DNA of 64,000 nucleotides from Octopus vulgaris (GCA_951406725.2 OX597837.1:26598001-26662000), one strand, 5' to 3'. Counted from the first letter of the stretch, positions 1 to 12,802 are shown. Program-made: numbers and translations. The notes: generated by a model not told the origin, from the sequence alone.

Positions 1-254
1 AACACACTATGGTGTGATAAACCTTCAGACCCTAGTCTAGGTTGCGAATCTTCTGTACACCAGGATGGTTCAGCTTAACACCCGTTAAAAGCCACTGTTT
101 ACGGAATGAGGATAACAACGTAGCTTTCGCGCCCGTGCAACCGCCAGTCTATCGCGTGTGGTGGGTGGATCTTCAAGTTTCCACACGCATTCTTAGTAGC
201 TTAGAGCAGGCTCGAATTAGAGATTATTCTTTGTGGCTGATGGCGTGAGTCCTG
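1..254 (+). mobile_element. 3' part of tRNA-derived SINE family A, tail type B (cut by window start)
   Basis: Colinear with 21416-21669, the 3' half of a full copy that has a tRNA-like head and ends GAGCCCTGA..(AAG)n. Confidence 0.85.
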
Positions 255-373
255 ATTTACCTAATAAAGCCTCTTCACCTTAAAGTTAATTTTAATCCAA
301 AATCGAGGTCGCAATCTCTTCTTTCAATATGAACTCTCAAAAAAAAAATTACGCTGCTATCCCTATGGTAACT
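254..373 (-). pseudogene. rrnL: NUMT: fragment of mitochondrial 16S rRNA (3' region, domain V)
   Basis: Minus strand reads AGTTACCATAGGGATAGCAGCGTAAT(T)nGAGAGTTCATATTGAAAGAAGAGATTGCGACCTCGATTTTGGATTAAAATT. This matches the metazoan mt16S motifs AGTTACC.TAGGGATAACAGCGTAA, GAGTTCATAT and TGCGACCTCGATGTTGGAT with one substitution in each of two conserved motifs. Confidence 0.9.
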
Positions 374-378
374 GATCT

Positions 379-379
<1 letters not shown>

Positions 380-409
<30 letters not shown>

Positions 410-498
410 AAGAAGAAGAAGAAGAAGAAGAAGAAGAAGAAGAAGAAGAAGAAGAAGAAGAAGAAGAAGAAGAAGAAGAAGAAGAAGAAGAAGAAGAA
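380..498 (+). repeat. (AAG)n microsatellite, likely expanded SINE tail
   Basis: About 39 perfect AAG units; source of the poly-K and poly-S ORFs. Confidence 0.95.
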
Positions 499-1237
499 AA
501 CAGCATCACGACGAGCACCACTAACACCAATAACATCACCACTGACTCTGCGGTAACCTCTGCTGCCGCCGCGGTGATGGCGGCGTCAGAGGCAGTGGTG
601 GTGGAGGCCATAAGTACCTTTCACCCCTGTTACCAGTGGAAGTACTATTTTTTGAATAGATGTTTGGCTAACTTAATAATCAGAGTTCAACTTCTCTAGA
701 CCTCGTTCCTGCTTATTGCAATCGCGGTCAGAGCCTCTGACACTATGACCACAATGTTTCAACGAATCCTACTGCTAATCCACTAACAATACTACCAGAA
801 TATGTTTTGAAACATCTTAACAGCAACAGAAGTGAATAACCTCAGCTAGATAGTACCGTCGTCCTTTCTTTGATATCTTTTCGATCTAATCACGTCGGTC
901 TTTTGAAGAATCGTCGTATTTTCGCTCAAACGTCGACTGAAGTTTATAAGTTAATGCATTCTTTTTAGATTCTTATTGAAAGAGAAAAGAAGAAAGCGAA
1001 GCGCATGAGCAGCCGCACAAGAGGAGATGAACTAAAATATTGATTCGGTTAGTTGCTAGTTTCAGTGAAGTTGAAGATAACATGACTATTAATGTTGTTA
1101 GTTAACATGTGTTAAGTAGAGTTACAAATGTTTATAAAAACCGAAAACTCTGTGAGTGTGTGTGTGTGTGTATTTGTGTGTGTGCGCGCGTATGTATTTG
1201 TGTATAGGTGCGTATTGTGTGTTGTGTGTATTAATAT

Positions 1238-1658
1238 ACTCTTTTTACTCTCTCTTTTACTCTTTTACTTGTTTCAGTCATTTAACTGTAGCCATGCTGG
1301 AGCACCGCCTTTAGTCGAGCAAATCGACCCCAGGACTTATTCTTTGTAAGCTTAGTACTTATTCTATCGGTCTCTTTTGCCGAACCGCTAAGTAACGGGG
1401 ACATAAACACACCAGCATCGGTTGTCAAGCAATACTAGGGGGACAAACACAGACACACAAACATATACACACACATATATATATATATAAATACGACGGG
1501 CTTCTTTCAGTTTCCGTCTACCAAATTCACTCACAAGGCTTTGGTCGGCTCAAGGCTATAGTAGAAGACACACTCGCCCAAGGTGCCACGCAGTGTGACT
1601 GAACCCGGAACCATGTGATTGGTAAACAAGCTACTTACCACACAGCCACTCCTACGCC
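1238..1658 (-). mobile_element. SINE family B (tRNA-like head, internal TA/TG microsatellite, (GTAAAAGA)n tail)
   Basis: Reverse complement of 10711-11136; A-box-like TGGCTGTGTGG, B-box-like GGGTTCAGTC, CORE-like CCTTGGGCAAGT. Confidence 0.9.
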
Positions 1659-2240
1659 TATACGTGTATGTATCTATATATTTGTATGTATATGTGTGTG
1701 TACATGTATATATATGTGTGTGTGTTGATTGTTTCACTGGTGATTGCTGTCACCTCGTTGTCAATGGCATCCCTGATTTTCCATCCACGACCTCTCAGAT
1801 GACTATTCACTCCCGTTGCCTATCTTCATGGTTTGAAGCACAGGTGACAGACGAAAGCTGTTACCTACTGCGTGTTTCCAACTGGTTAGGTCAATATATA
1901 CTGCAGTTCTTCCATCGCCGTAGGACTTTTAATCATGGAAGGCAAGGTTTACGATATCGGAGGAATACCGTCTGCTTCCATCATCTTCTTGTTCTTTACG
2001 TAGTTCAGGCTTCCGGCAGGCGAAGAGAAAAGACTTCAAGCACAAATTCTATTTACAACAGGTTTATTTACAGGAAAGGTGAAGTGTGCTACTCTCAGCT
2101 ACCATCTTAAGCGCCAACAGTGTGGGCACATTGCCTCCGGAGATAGACAGGCAGAAAGCCTCAGCCAGTGGTGGTGTTCAGCCAGTGCTGCTGTGAAGGT
2201 GGCGCCAAAAAAGACAGGTCTGAATCGGTTTACCCTTTAT

Positions 2241-2465
2241 ATATATTTCTTTTACCACCCACAAGGGGCTAAACACAGAGGGGACAAACAAGGACAGACA
2301 AACGGATTAAGTCGATTATATCGACCCCAGTGCGTAACTGGTACTTAATTTATCGACCCCGAAAGGATGAAAGGCAAAGTCGACCTCGGCAGAATTTGAA
2401 CTCAGAACGAAATACCGTTAAGCATTCCGCACGACGCGTTAACGTTTCTGCTAACTCACCGCCTT
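2241..2465 (-). mobile_element. SINE family C, flanked by a 137-139 bp direct duplication
   Basis: Homologous to 47788-48020 and 62302-62535; flanks 2104-2240 and 2466-2604 are near-identical. Confidence 0.9.
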
Positions 2466-3362
2466 ATCTTAAGCTCCAACAGTGTGGGCACATTGCCTCT
2501 GGAGATAGACAGGCAGAAAGCCTCAGCCAGTGGTGGTGTTCAGCCAGTGCTGCTGTGAAGGTGGCGCCAAAAAAGACAGGTCTCTGAATCGGTTTACCCT
2601 TTATGTAGTTTCCATCGCGAGCTTCGTTGTGATCTCACGCATGGCAAATGGATGCAGATGAGACCTCGCACTAGTCTCGGAGATGGCAATGGCGGCCGCG
2701 AGATCTCATCCAATATGGCGTAGATGAAATGACATATGACGTCACCATAAAGCGCCATCTGCACGTCATTGGATTATAGAGCTTTTGTGATTAGTACCTA
2801 ACGACAGGCTCTAGCGAGATGACTAGTAACCGCATGAAACTGCAGGTTTCACATCAGAGAGTCACTCTCTTAAAATGATGCGCAGACAACAGTAAGGGTT
2901 CCCTTACTCCCTCTGGTATTTATTTGCTTTAAAGAATCCTCTGTAAAGCCTGGAAGTTGGCTCTCCTTGAAGGGATTACTCTTACCATAGAACGTTCAGT
3001 AGATGGAATGACAAATGACAAATGAGGTCACCATGAAGAGACATATGTACATCATTGTATTATAGTGACAAACACTTGTACAAACTTCAAGTTTCCTTTG
3101 GAGAAGAAATTTAAAGTGGAGAGGAAAGTGTTGTCTTCCAGCCATTTCGATGATACTGGCAAGCGCGGTGCAAGTGAACGATCCCGCCCCTGGAGCATAC
3201 GACTGTAATCGGAGATGAGGAACTGAGAAAAAAAAAAAAAAAAAGCACCTGCCCCAAAACTCAGGGCATCCGTGGTGTTACGGGGATTTTCCACGAGCAA
3301 CCCTCGAACGTATCTTCCCAATTGAGGATTACACATTGTTAATTTTTTTTTTTACGTTAAAC

Positions 3363-3792
3363 GGATCTTTTCCGTTTGAACGGCAGTTTTTAACATAATT
3401 TCTAGGCAACTAAAACATTTTAAACTTCGTATACTGGTAGAATGTGTTTATAAAACATCTTTTTCTCTTGGCTTTATTGAGAAAATTCTATAGTTTGTAA
3501 GATATTTGGGGTTTTTTTCTTCAATTTCTGCAATTTCAACCAATCAATGACGTCCATTGAGGTAAAAAAAACATTCTGTGCCGTATAAATATGTCTCTCG
3601 TTTAAGAAACAGATTGGGTTTATTTACATTTGTGAAGAAAAAAATATATACCCTTCCCCCCACCCCTAACCCTAACTAACTCTAACCCTAAAACAGATTG
3701 AAATGCAATAGATTGATACTAGGGTCATAATTATGGGTGACAATTTCATATGACACCGCTAGAAAAAACTGCCGTTCAAACCGAAAAGATCC
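3363..3792. mobile_element. MITE with 29-bp TIRs and 8-bp TSD (Merlin-like, GG termini)
   Basis: Left GGATCTTTTCCGTTTGAACGGCAGTTTTT and right AAAAACTGCCGTTCAAACCGAAAAGATCC differ by 1 mismatch; TSD CGTTAAAC/TGTTAAAC; internal CCCTAA repeats. Confidence 0.8.
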
Positions 3793-3899
3793 TGTTAAAC
3801 TTATTTAAACGCACGCATGCACACACAAACTTTCAATGTTTTGTCTGTGGCGTCCGTAATGTTTTCTTAAATATACAAATATACGAAGAGATAAACAAC

Positions 3900-4285
3900 T
3901 GCCCGATAAGGGTGCACCAGACACAAGCATCACAACCATATGTGCGCAACACGGTGATCTCATATCAAGATAAACAGTGCATGATCTTGCAGTCGGGACC
4001 CAGTTAGAATTTTCTTCGGGTTGCGTAGCCCATCCTGCTCAAAAGGTCCCTGAATAAGGGTTGTTTAAGGATGATAAACGAAATACCCATGTTTCTAGGG
4101 GTGAATTATTCAAACGCCAAAGAATTCCTCTCAACACATGGCTATGATGCTCTTCCACTACACCTGCTCATTATCAGAGATGAACATATCGCCAGCTACT
4201 AAGGAACGTGCTCAACTGGTTAAGATCAAGCAAATGAGAACCAAATCTGCGGTATTGAGCAGAATATTTACAGTAGACCATCTTC
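3900..4285 (-). mobile_element. Partial copy of a (TAA)n-associated non-autonomous retroelement
   Basis: Colinear with 4505-4870 (e.g. GGTGATCTCATATCAAGATAAACAG, GCTCAAAAGGTCCCTGAATAAGGGTTGTTTAAGGATG). Confidence 0.7.
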
Positions 4286-4356
4286 CAATCAGCTAAGCTT
4301 AGAAGTCATAAAAGTCATTGCCTAGTAAAGCATGAAGGCATTTGTTGTTGCAGTTA

Positions 4357-4428
<72 letters not shown>

Positions 4429-4429
<1 letters not shown>

Positions 4430-4958
4430 GAGAGACCAGTGCATGCCATCAAAGTGACACCGGGGTAAAATATACGAAGCCCAGTATACCCATCATGACT
4501 ACTCGTCTGATAAGGGTCCACTAGGCACATGCATCACAACCATATCTGCGCGACATGGTGATCTCATATCAAGATAAACAGCACATGACCTTGCAGGTGG
4601 GGCCCAGTTAGAATTTTCTTCCCGCTCAAAAGGTCCCTGAATAAGGGTTGTTTAAGGATGTTGAACGAACCCATGTTTCCAAAGGTGAATTATTCAAACC
4701 TCTAAGAATTCCTTTCAACACATGGCTATGATGTTCCCCCACTACCTCTGCTCGTGATGAGAGATGCACATATCGTTTGCCTCTAAGGGACATGCTCAAC
4801 TGGTTAAGGTCAAACAATTGACAAGCAAATCTGTGGTATTGAGCAGAATATTTACTGTAGCCCATCTTTAATACCAAGACAAAACAATGTACATGATAAC
4901 ACTTCTAATCAGTTAAGATCAGAAGCCACGAGAACCACTGCCTGGTACTGCACCAGGA
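4429..4958 (-). mobile_element. Non-autonomous retroelement inserted in a (TAA)n tract
   Basis: Bounded on both sides by (TTA)n (4361-4428, 4960-5031); a second diverged copy lies immediately upstream. Confidence 0.7.
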
Positions 4959-4964
4959 TTATTG

Positions 4965-5029
<65 letters not shown>

Positions 5030-5033
<4 letters not shown>

Positions 5034-5167
5034 CGGTGAGCAAGCAGAATCGTTAGTACGCCTATCAAAAATGCTTAGCGGCATTTCATCCGTCTTTATG
5101 TTGTGAGTTCAAATTCCGCCGAGTTCAACTTTGCCATTCATTCTTTCGAGATCGATAAAATAAGTAA
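5030..5167 (+). mobile_element. SINE family C, 3'-truncated
   Basis: GCGGTGAGCAAGCAGAATCGTTAG...GAGTTCAAATTCCGCCGAG...TCGATAAAATAAGTA. Confidence 0.75.
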
Positions 5168-5410
5168 CCTGATGTGTTGTATGATGTAGTGTCTGATGTA
5201 ATGTTTGATGCTGCTGCAGGCGGTGCGCAGTATGTGGTGTACTTTACATTAAGTGAGGTAGATGTATAATACTCCGTCGTGTTTAGCGTATGTATAATGT
5301 AGTGCGTGTATGCGATATGTATGTATGCAAGTATGGTGTGTGTACGTATGTCAGTGTGTGTACGGATGCATATATATGTGCATGTGTGTGTGTGTGTATG
5401 TATGTATATG

Positions 5411-5795
5411 TGGAGGCGCAATGGCCCAGTGGTTAGGGCAGCGGACTCGCGGTCATAGGATCGCGGTTTCGATTCCCAGACCGGGCGTTGTGAGTGTTTA
5501 TTGAGCGAAAACACCTAAAGCTCCACGAGGCTCCGGCAGGGGATGGTGGTGATCCCTGCTGTACTCTTTCACCCCAACTTTCTCTCACTCTTACTTCCTG
5601 TTTCTGTTGTACTTGTATTTCAAAAGGGCCGGCCTTGTCACTCTCTGTGTCACGCTGAATCTCCCCGAGAACTACGTTAAGGATACACGTGTCTGTGGAG
5701 TGCTCAGCCACTTACACGTTAATTTCACGAGCAGGCTGTTCCGTTGATTCGGATCAACGGGAACCCTCGTCGTCGTAACCGACGGAGTGCTTCCA
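5411..5795 (+). mobile_element. SINE family A (tRNA-Arg-like head, resembles octopus OR SINEs), tail type A
   Basis: A box TGGCCCAGTGG, B box GGTTTCGATTCC; near-identical to 23701-24080 and 26672-27053. Confidence 0.9.
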
Positions 5796-5842
5796 TATAT
5801 GTATGTATGTATATATATATAATGAAACAAGAGAAATAAATG

Positions 5843-6174
5843 CGCCCTTTGAAAGCCTAGCCAGGCTCACGGGCCCAGTTTCCCGGTTTCTATGGCGTAT
5901 GTGCTCCTCAGCTGGACGGGACGCCAGTCCATCGCAGCGTTACTCATTTTTGCCAGCTGAGTGGACTGGAGCAAGGTGAAATGAAGTGTTTTGCTCAAGA
6001 ACACAACGCCTCGCCCAGTCCAGGAATCAAAACCACAATCTTACGATCATGATGCTGACACCCTAACCACTAAGCCACTATATATATACAACGCCTCGCC
6101 CAGTCCAGGAATCAAAACCACAATCTTACGATCATGATGCTGACACCCTAACCACTAAGCCACTATATATATAC
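5843..6174 (-). mobile_element. SINE family D with 85-bp tandem duplication of its tRNA head
   Basis: Minus strand GTGGCTTAGTGGTTAGGG...GGTTTTGATTCC; 6003-6087 is repeated at 6088-6172; its tail is shared with 47410-47532. Confidence 0.8.
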
Positions 6175-6175
6175 A

Positions 6176-6233
<58 letters not shown>

Positions 6234-6587
6234 GTATGTATGTATGTATGCATGTATATATTTATGCATGTGTCTACCTGTATGCATGTATGTACGTATG
6301 TACGTATGTACTTATATATGCATGCAGGCATACGTATTTATGTACGCATTCTCGTATTGGTATATATTTGCATATGTGTATACATTATGCATGTCTATGT
6401 ATATGCATGCAAGAGTGTATAACGCATATATATATATAGAGAGAGAGAGAGACAGAGATGTATACACTCATATATATATGTCGAAATGATGTGAGTGATG
6501 TATTTGGTAAGGCGCAAGTGTGCGTGCGCATGTGTGTGTGCGTGCGCGTGTGCGTGTGTGGTGTGTGTGCGTGCGTGTGTGTGTGTA

Positions 6588-6643
<56 letters not shown>

Positions 6644-7299
6644 CTGATTGTTTGCAATTTAACTAGACACAGCTTAAGCAGTAGATGGCGAGCACTTTTG
6701 AATTGGAGCCAACGGCTGCGATGGTGATGATGATGATGATGATGATGATAGTTGTGATGGTGGTGGTGGTGGTAGTGATAATGATAGTAGTGATGGTGAT
6801 GGCGATGGTGGTGGTGGTGGTGGTGGAGAATGCGGGTGAGAGGAGGCGTGGCACTTAGATCAATGTGCAGAGATAGATCGGTCGTCCCAGCACTTCCGGG
6901 ACGTTAATCTGTCTTAATTGGTTAAAATATTCATCTCCAATGAAGTTTTAACAACGTCAGGAATATATCTAGTCTCTACTGCAACACGCCGAAGGTGGTG
7001 GAGATGGTGACGGCAGCGGTGGCGGTGGCGGTGTTGGTGGTTGGTGGTGGTGGTGGTGGTGGTGGTGGTGGTGGTTGTGGTGGTGGTGGTGGCGGTGACG
7101 GTGAACGGTGTATATCGAAATATAATAAAACAGAAAAACCGATATTTAGATAGATGACTAATTGAAGGTTCTCGATCAATCGGCCATTATCGATTTCTTT
7201 TTCTTGTTTATTTTCTTTTTTCCATATTTTTTTTTTATAACCGTTATTGAAAAATTGGAGTTTGTAGGTCAGACATGGAAATATGGAAAGTGAAAGAGA

Positions 7300-7365
7300 T
7301 TCAGAGAAAGATAGATAGAAAGATAGAGAGAGAGACAGAGACAGATAGATAGAAAGAAAGCAAGC

Positions 7366-7456
<91 letters not shown>

Positions 7457-7466
7457 GTAGATAGAT

Positions 7467-7515
<49 letters not shown>

Positions 7516-7530
7516 TAGATAGATAGATAT

Positions 7531-7583
<53 letters not shown>

Positions 7584-7666
7584 AAGATAGATAGACAGAT
7601 AGATAGATAGAAAGAAAAAAAGAAAGAAAGAATGATAAATAGATAGATAGATAGATATAGATATGA

Positions 7667-7736
<70 letters not shown>

Positions 7737-7800
7737 GATAGATAGATAGAAGGGTAGATAGAGAGAGAGAGAGAAAGATAGAGAGATAGAGAGAGAGAGA
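7300..7800. repeat. Compound (ATAG)n/(TA)n/(AG)n microsatellite
   Basis: Direct reading; explains the YLSI ORFs. Confidence 0.95.
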
Positions 7801-8559
7801 GGGGGAGAGAGACAGACAGAGGCAGACAAATATAGACAGAAGAATGGGAGAAGTGGTAAGAGACAGAGATATGGAGAGAGTGGGAGATAAAAAGCAGACA
7901 AAGACAGACAGACAGAAGAAAGGGAGAGGGGGTAAAAGACAGGGATAGGGAAAGGAGGCGGGAGATAGAGAGGCAAACATAGACTGAGAGATGGACAGAC
8001 AAGAGAGAGAGAGAGAGAGAGAGAGGTAGACAGAAAGAGAGGAGAGTGGAGAGAGAGTAAGAGAGAGAGAGAGAAGAAGGGAGAGAGATAGACAGACAGG
8101 AGGAGGGGGGAGGAAGAGTGAGTGATAAGTTGTGAAGCTTTATGTAATTAATGATAACAAACACATCAAAGAGAGAAGGGGGGAGGTGAGAGGTGAAGAG
8201 AGAAAGAGAGGGGGGAGGGGTGTGGAGGGATGGGTGGGGTTCGCAGAATTTCTGCCAAAATAATGGCAACGAAATATTTAGGGAAAAAAAAAGGCTTGGT
8301 TTTAAGACAAGACAAAATTTATGAAAATAACCCAAATATATTTGTATATGTGTGTGTGTGTGTGTAATTCACACACACACACGCGCGCGCGCGCACGCAC
8401 ACATACTCTCACTCTCTCTCTATCTCTCTCTCTCTCCTTCTTTCTCTCTCTCCTCCACTTACACACATATATGTATGTATGTTACTGTACATACATACAT
8501 ACATATGCATATATGTGTGTGTGTATAGGTAGAAAGATATATGCATATATGTGTGTGTG

Positions 8560-8606
<47 letters not shown>

Positions 8607-8615
8607 ATATGTGTT

Positions 8616-8653
<38 letters not shown>

Positions 8654-8883
8654 TAGATAGATAGATAGATATGTATACATATGTATGTGTGCCTTTACAT
8701 ATATATATATACATATATACATACACACACATATATATACACATGAATACCTACATAAATACATGCATACATATAGATACGTATATACATACACACATAC
8801 ATAAATACATACATGAATATATCCCTCCCTCCCTCCCTCCCTCCTTCCATCCATTCACCCATCCATCCATCCATCCATCCATC

Positions 8884-9524
8884 CATACATGCATACATAC
8901 ATACATACATACATACATACATACATACATACATACATAAATGCATACATACATACATACATACATACATACATACATACATACATAGATACATACATAC
9001 ATACATACATACATACATACATACATACATACATACATACATACATACATACATAGATACATACATAAATACATAAATACATACATACATACATACATAC
9101 ATACATACATACATACATACATACATAAATACATACATACATACATAAATACATACATACATACATAAATGCATACATACATACATGCATACATACATAC
9201 ATACATACATACATACATACATACATACATACATACATACATACATAAATACATACATACATACATAAATACATACATACATACATACATACATACATAC
9301 ATAAATGCATACATACATACATACATACATACATAAATACATACATACATACATACATACATACATAAATACATACATACATACATACATACATACATAC
9401 ATACATACATACATACATAAATACATACATACATACATACATACATACATACATACATACATACATACATACATACATACATACATACATACATACATAC
9501 ATACATACATACATACATACATAC
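8884..9524. repeat. (TACA)n microsatellite of about 640 bp
   Basis: Direct reading; explains the MYVC/HTYI ORFs. Confidence 0.95.
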
Positions 9525-9738
9525 GTGCATGCATATTAACCTTCTTTCGGTGGCCTTCACTTCCTCGTGGAACGGTAAGGGCGCCGTGATGATATACGGC
9601 ACGTCTGGAGTTGGGGTACATTTACCCCGGCTTGCCCATCCCTTTCTATGTCTACGGACATACTATTATTTATACATGTGTATACTGTACATACTTGCAT
9701 ACTTATATAGATATATACAAATGTGTATGTATGCATAT

Positions 9739-9814
<76 letters not shown>

Positions 9815-10031
9815 GAGGTAGTAATTGTGCGCGGCTGAAGAAGGCCATAGACACACATTATGCATTGTTATAATTGTTATAAATCCGTCTAATAAAGGCC
9901 CGAAACATATGTACCGCTGAATCCTTGGCATCATGTTTTTATTTTGATTAATTTACTCCACCACCTACACCACCAAACGGTATATACAGCTGCTTACATT
10001 TATCAAGTACTCACCCTGAATTTCTGTACCC

Positions 10032-10064
<33 letters not shown>

Positions 10065-10072
<8 letters not shown>

Positions 10073-10213
10073 ATGTTACATTACTCGGTAGTCAAGATAA
10101 AACTCTGAGTTTCAGATGCCGAAGTGGAAATCCACAACACCATCTCTTCGGTACTCCGGCATCTGAAACTCAGGGTTTTATCTTGACTACCGAGTAATGT
10201 AACATATTGTATA
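10065..10213. repeat. Fold-back inverted repeat (61-bp arms, 27-nt spacer) in a (TA)n-flanked island
   Basis: 10065-10125 is the reverse complement of 10153-10213 with 2 mismatches. Confidence 0.9.
10095..10155 (-). ncRNA. Hammerhead-ribozyme-like motif (U4C core)
   Basis: Minus strand: CCGAAGA-GATG..GTGG ATTT CCAC..CATC-T-GAA-ACT CAG AGT-T; helix I is weak or replaced by the inversion. Confidence 0.55.
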
Positions 10214-10279
10214 GATAAATTTCCTCTATTTACATAATATTGAGGTCTCTTTCTTTCTTTTGTTATCTTACCGTTTTAT

Positions 10280-10318
<39 letters not shown>

Positions 10319-10683
10319 TATTATATATATTATATTATATTATATTATATTATATTATATTATGTTATACATGTATGTATATGTATATATACTATACTAT
10401 ACTATACTATAATATAATTAAGATTCCGTTGACTTAGGTACTTTAATTGAGGTACCTTCGTAGGTCGGTGTAATCTGGGTACTCAAACACGATGTTAATT
10501 AAATATTGAATATCAAGATTCCGTGCAGGGGTGTTTGTACCTGATATTCCTACCGTGTGTGCAGACAACGCAATCCCAGTTAAGTGAAGACATCCGCTCT
10601 TGATAATTCAGACATGTACTTTTTATAAAGGTACTTTCTACGGTATTTCCGAAGTGCGGATTCTAAGTTAGGTGAAATAAATA

Positions 10684-11815
<1,132 letters not shown>

Positions 11816-11829
11816 ATATATATATATAT

Positions 11830-11880
<51 letters not shown>

Positions 11881-11965
11881 CATACATATATATATAAGTA
11901 TATATATATATATATACACATAAATATATACATACATATGTGTGTATGTACAAGTATATATATGC

Positions 11966-12048
<83 letters not shown>

Positions 12049-12170
12049 TATATATACATACATGTGTACATGATCTACTATAAACCCGCACACACACATA
12101 TGTGTGTGTGTGTGTGTGTGCGTGTATGTGTGTGCGTGTGCGTGTGTGTGTATGTATGTTTATAGTAGAT

Positions 12171-12205
12171 CTGGTGCGCCTACAGGTGAAACTCAGAGTA
12201 GCAAG
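12171..12205 (+). ncRNA. Degenerate hammerhead-like motif
   Basis: CTGGTGC (decayed CTGATGA)-GCC TACA GGT-GAA-ACT CAG AGT-A; same helix III as at 10102 and 44699. Confidence 0.35.
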
Positions 12206-12436
12206 ACAATGAATCGATCCAAATAAAATACATATCTTTATATTATATTAGACACACACACAATCACAGACACATCTGCGGTATATACGCAAACATATAT
12301 AAGTCCATATACATAGGCATAAATGCATGCATGTATGTATGTTTAAGCATACACATGTACCTGTTTTACGTGTGCGCATGTGTGTATATGACCGTATGTG
12401 CATGTACGTACATCCATATGTGTGTGTATGTGTGTA

Positions 12437-12480
<44 letters not shown>

Positions 12481-12534
12481 CATATGTGTGTGTATGTATA
12501 TATATATATATGTGGAAGTATGCATCTATGTATA

Positions 12535-12802
12535 TATGTATGCATGTACGTATGTATGTATGCATGTATGTATGTATGTATGTATGTATGTATGTATGTA
12601 TGTATGTATGTATGTATGTATGTATGTATGTATGTATGTATGTATGAATGTATGTATGTATGTATGTATGTACGTACGTACGTATGTATGTATGTTTGTA
12701 TGTATGCATGCATGCATGTATGCATGTATGTATATATGTATGTATTTATGTATGTATATATGTATGTATGTCTATGTATGTATGTATGTATGTATGTGTA
12801 TG

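Noticed and set aside
254-373. Functional rRNA gene
   Set aside because: Only 120 bp, mutated at conserved sites and embedded in nuclear repeats; called as a NUMT.
5411-5485. tRNA gene
   Set aside because: A and B boxes are present but run into a SINE body in many copies; a SINE head, not a tRNA.
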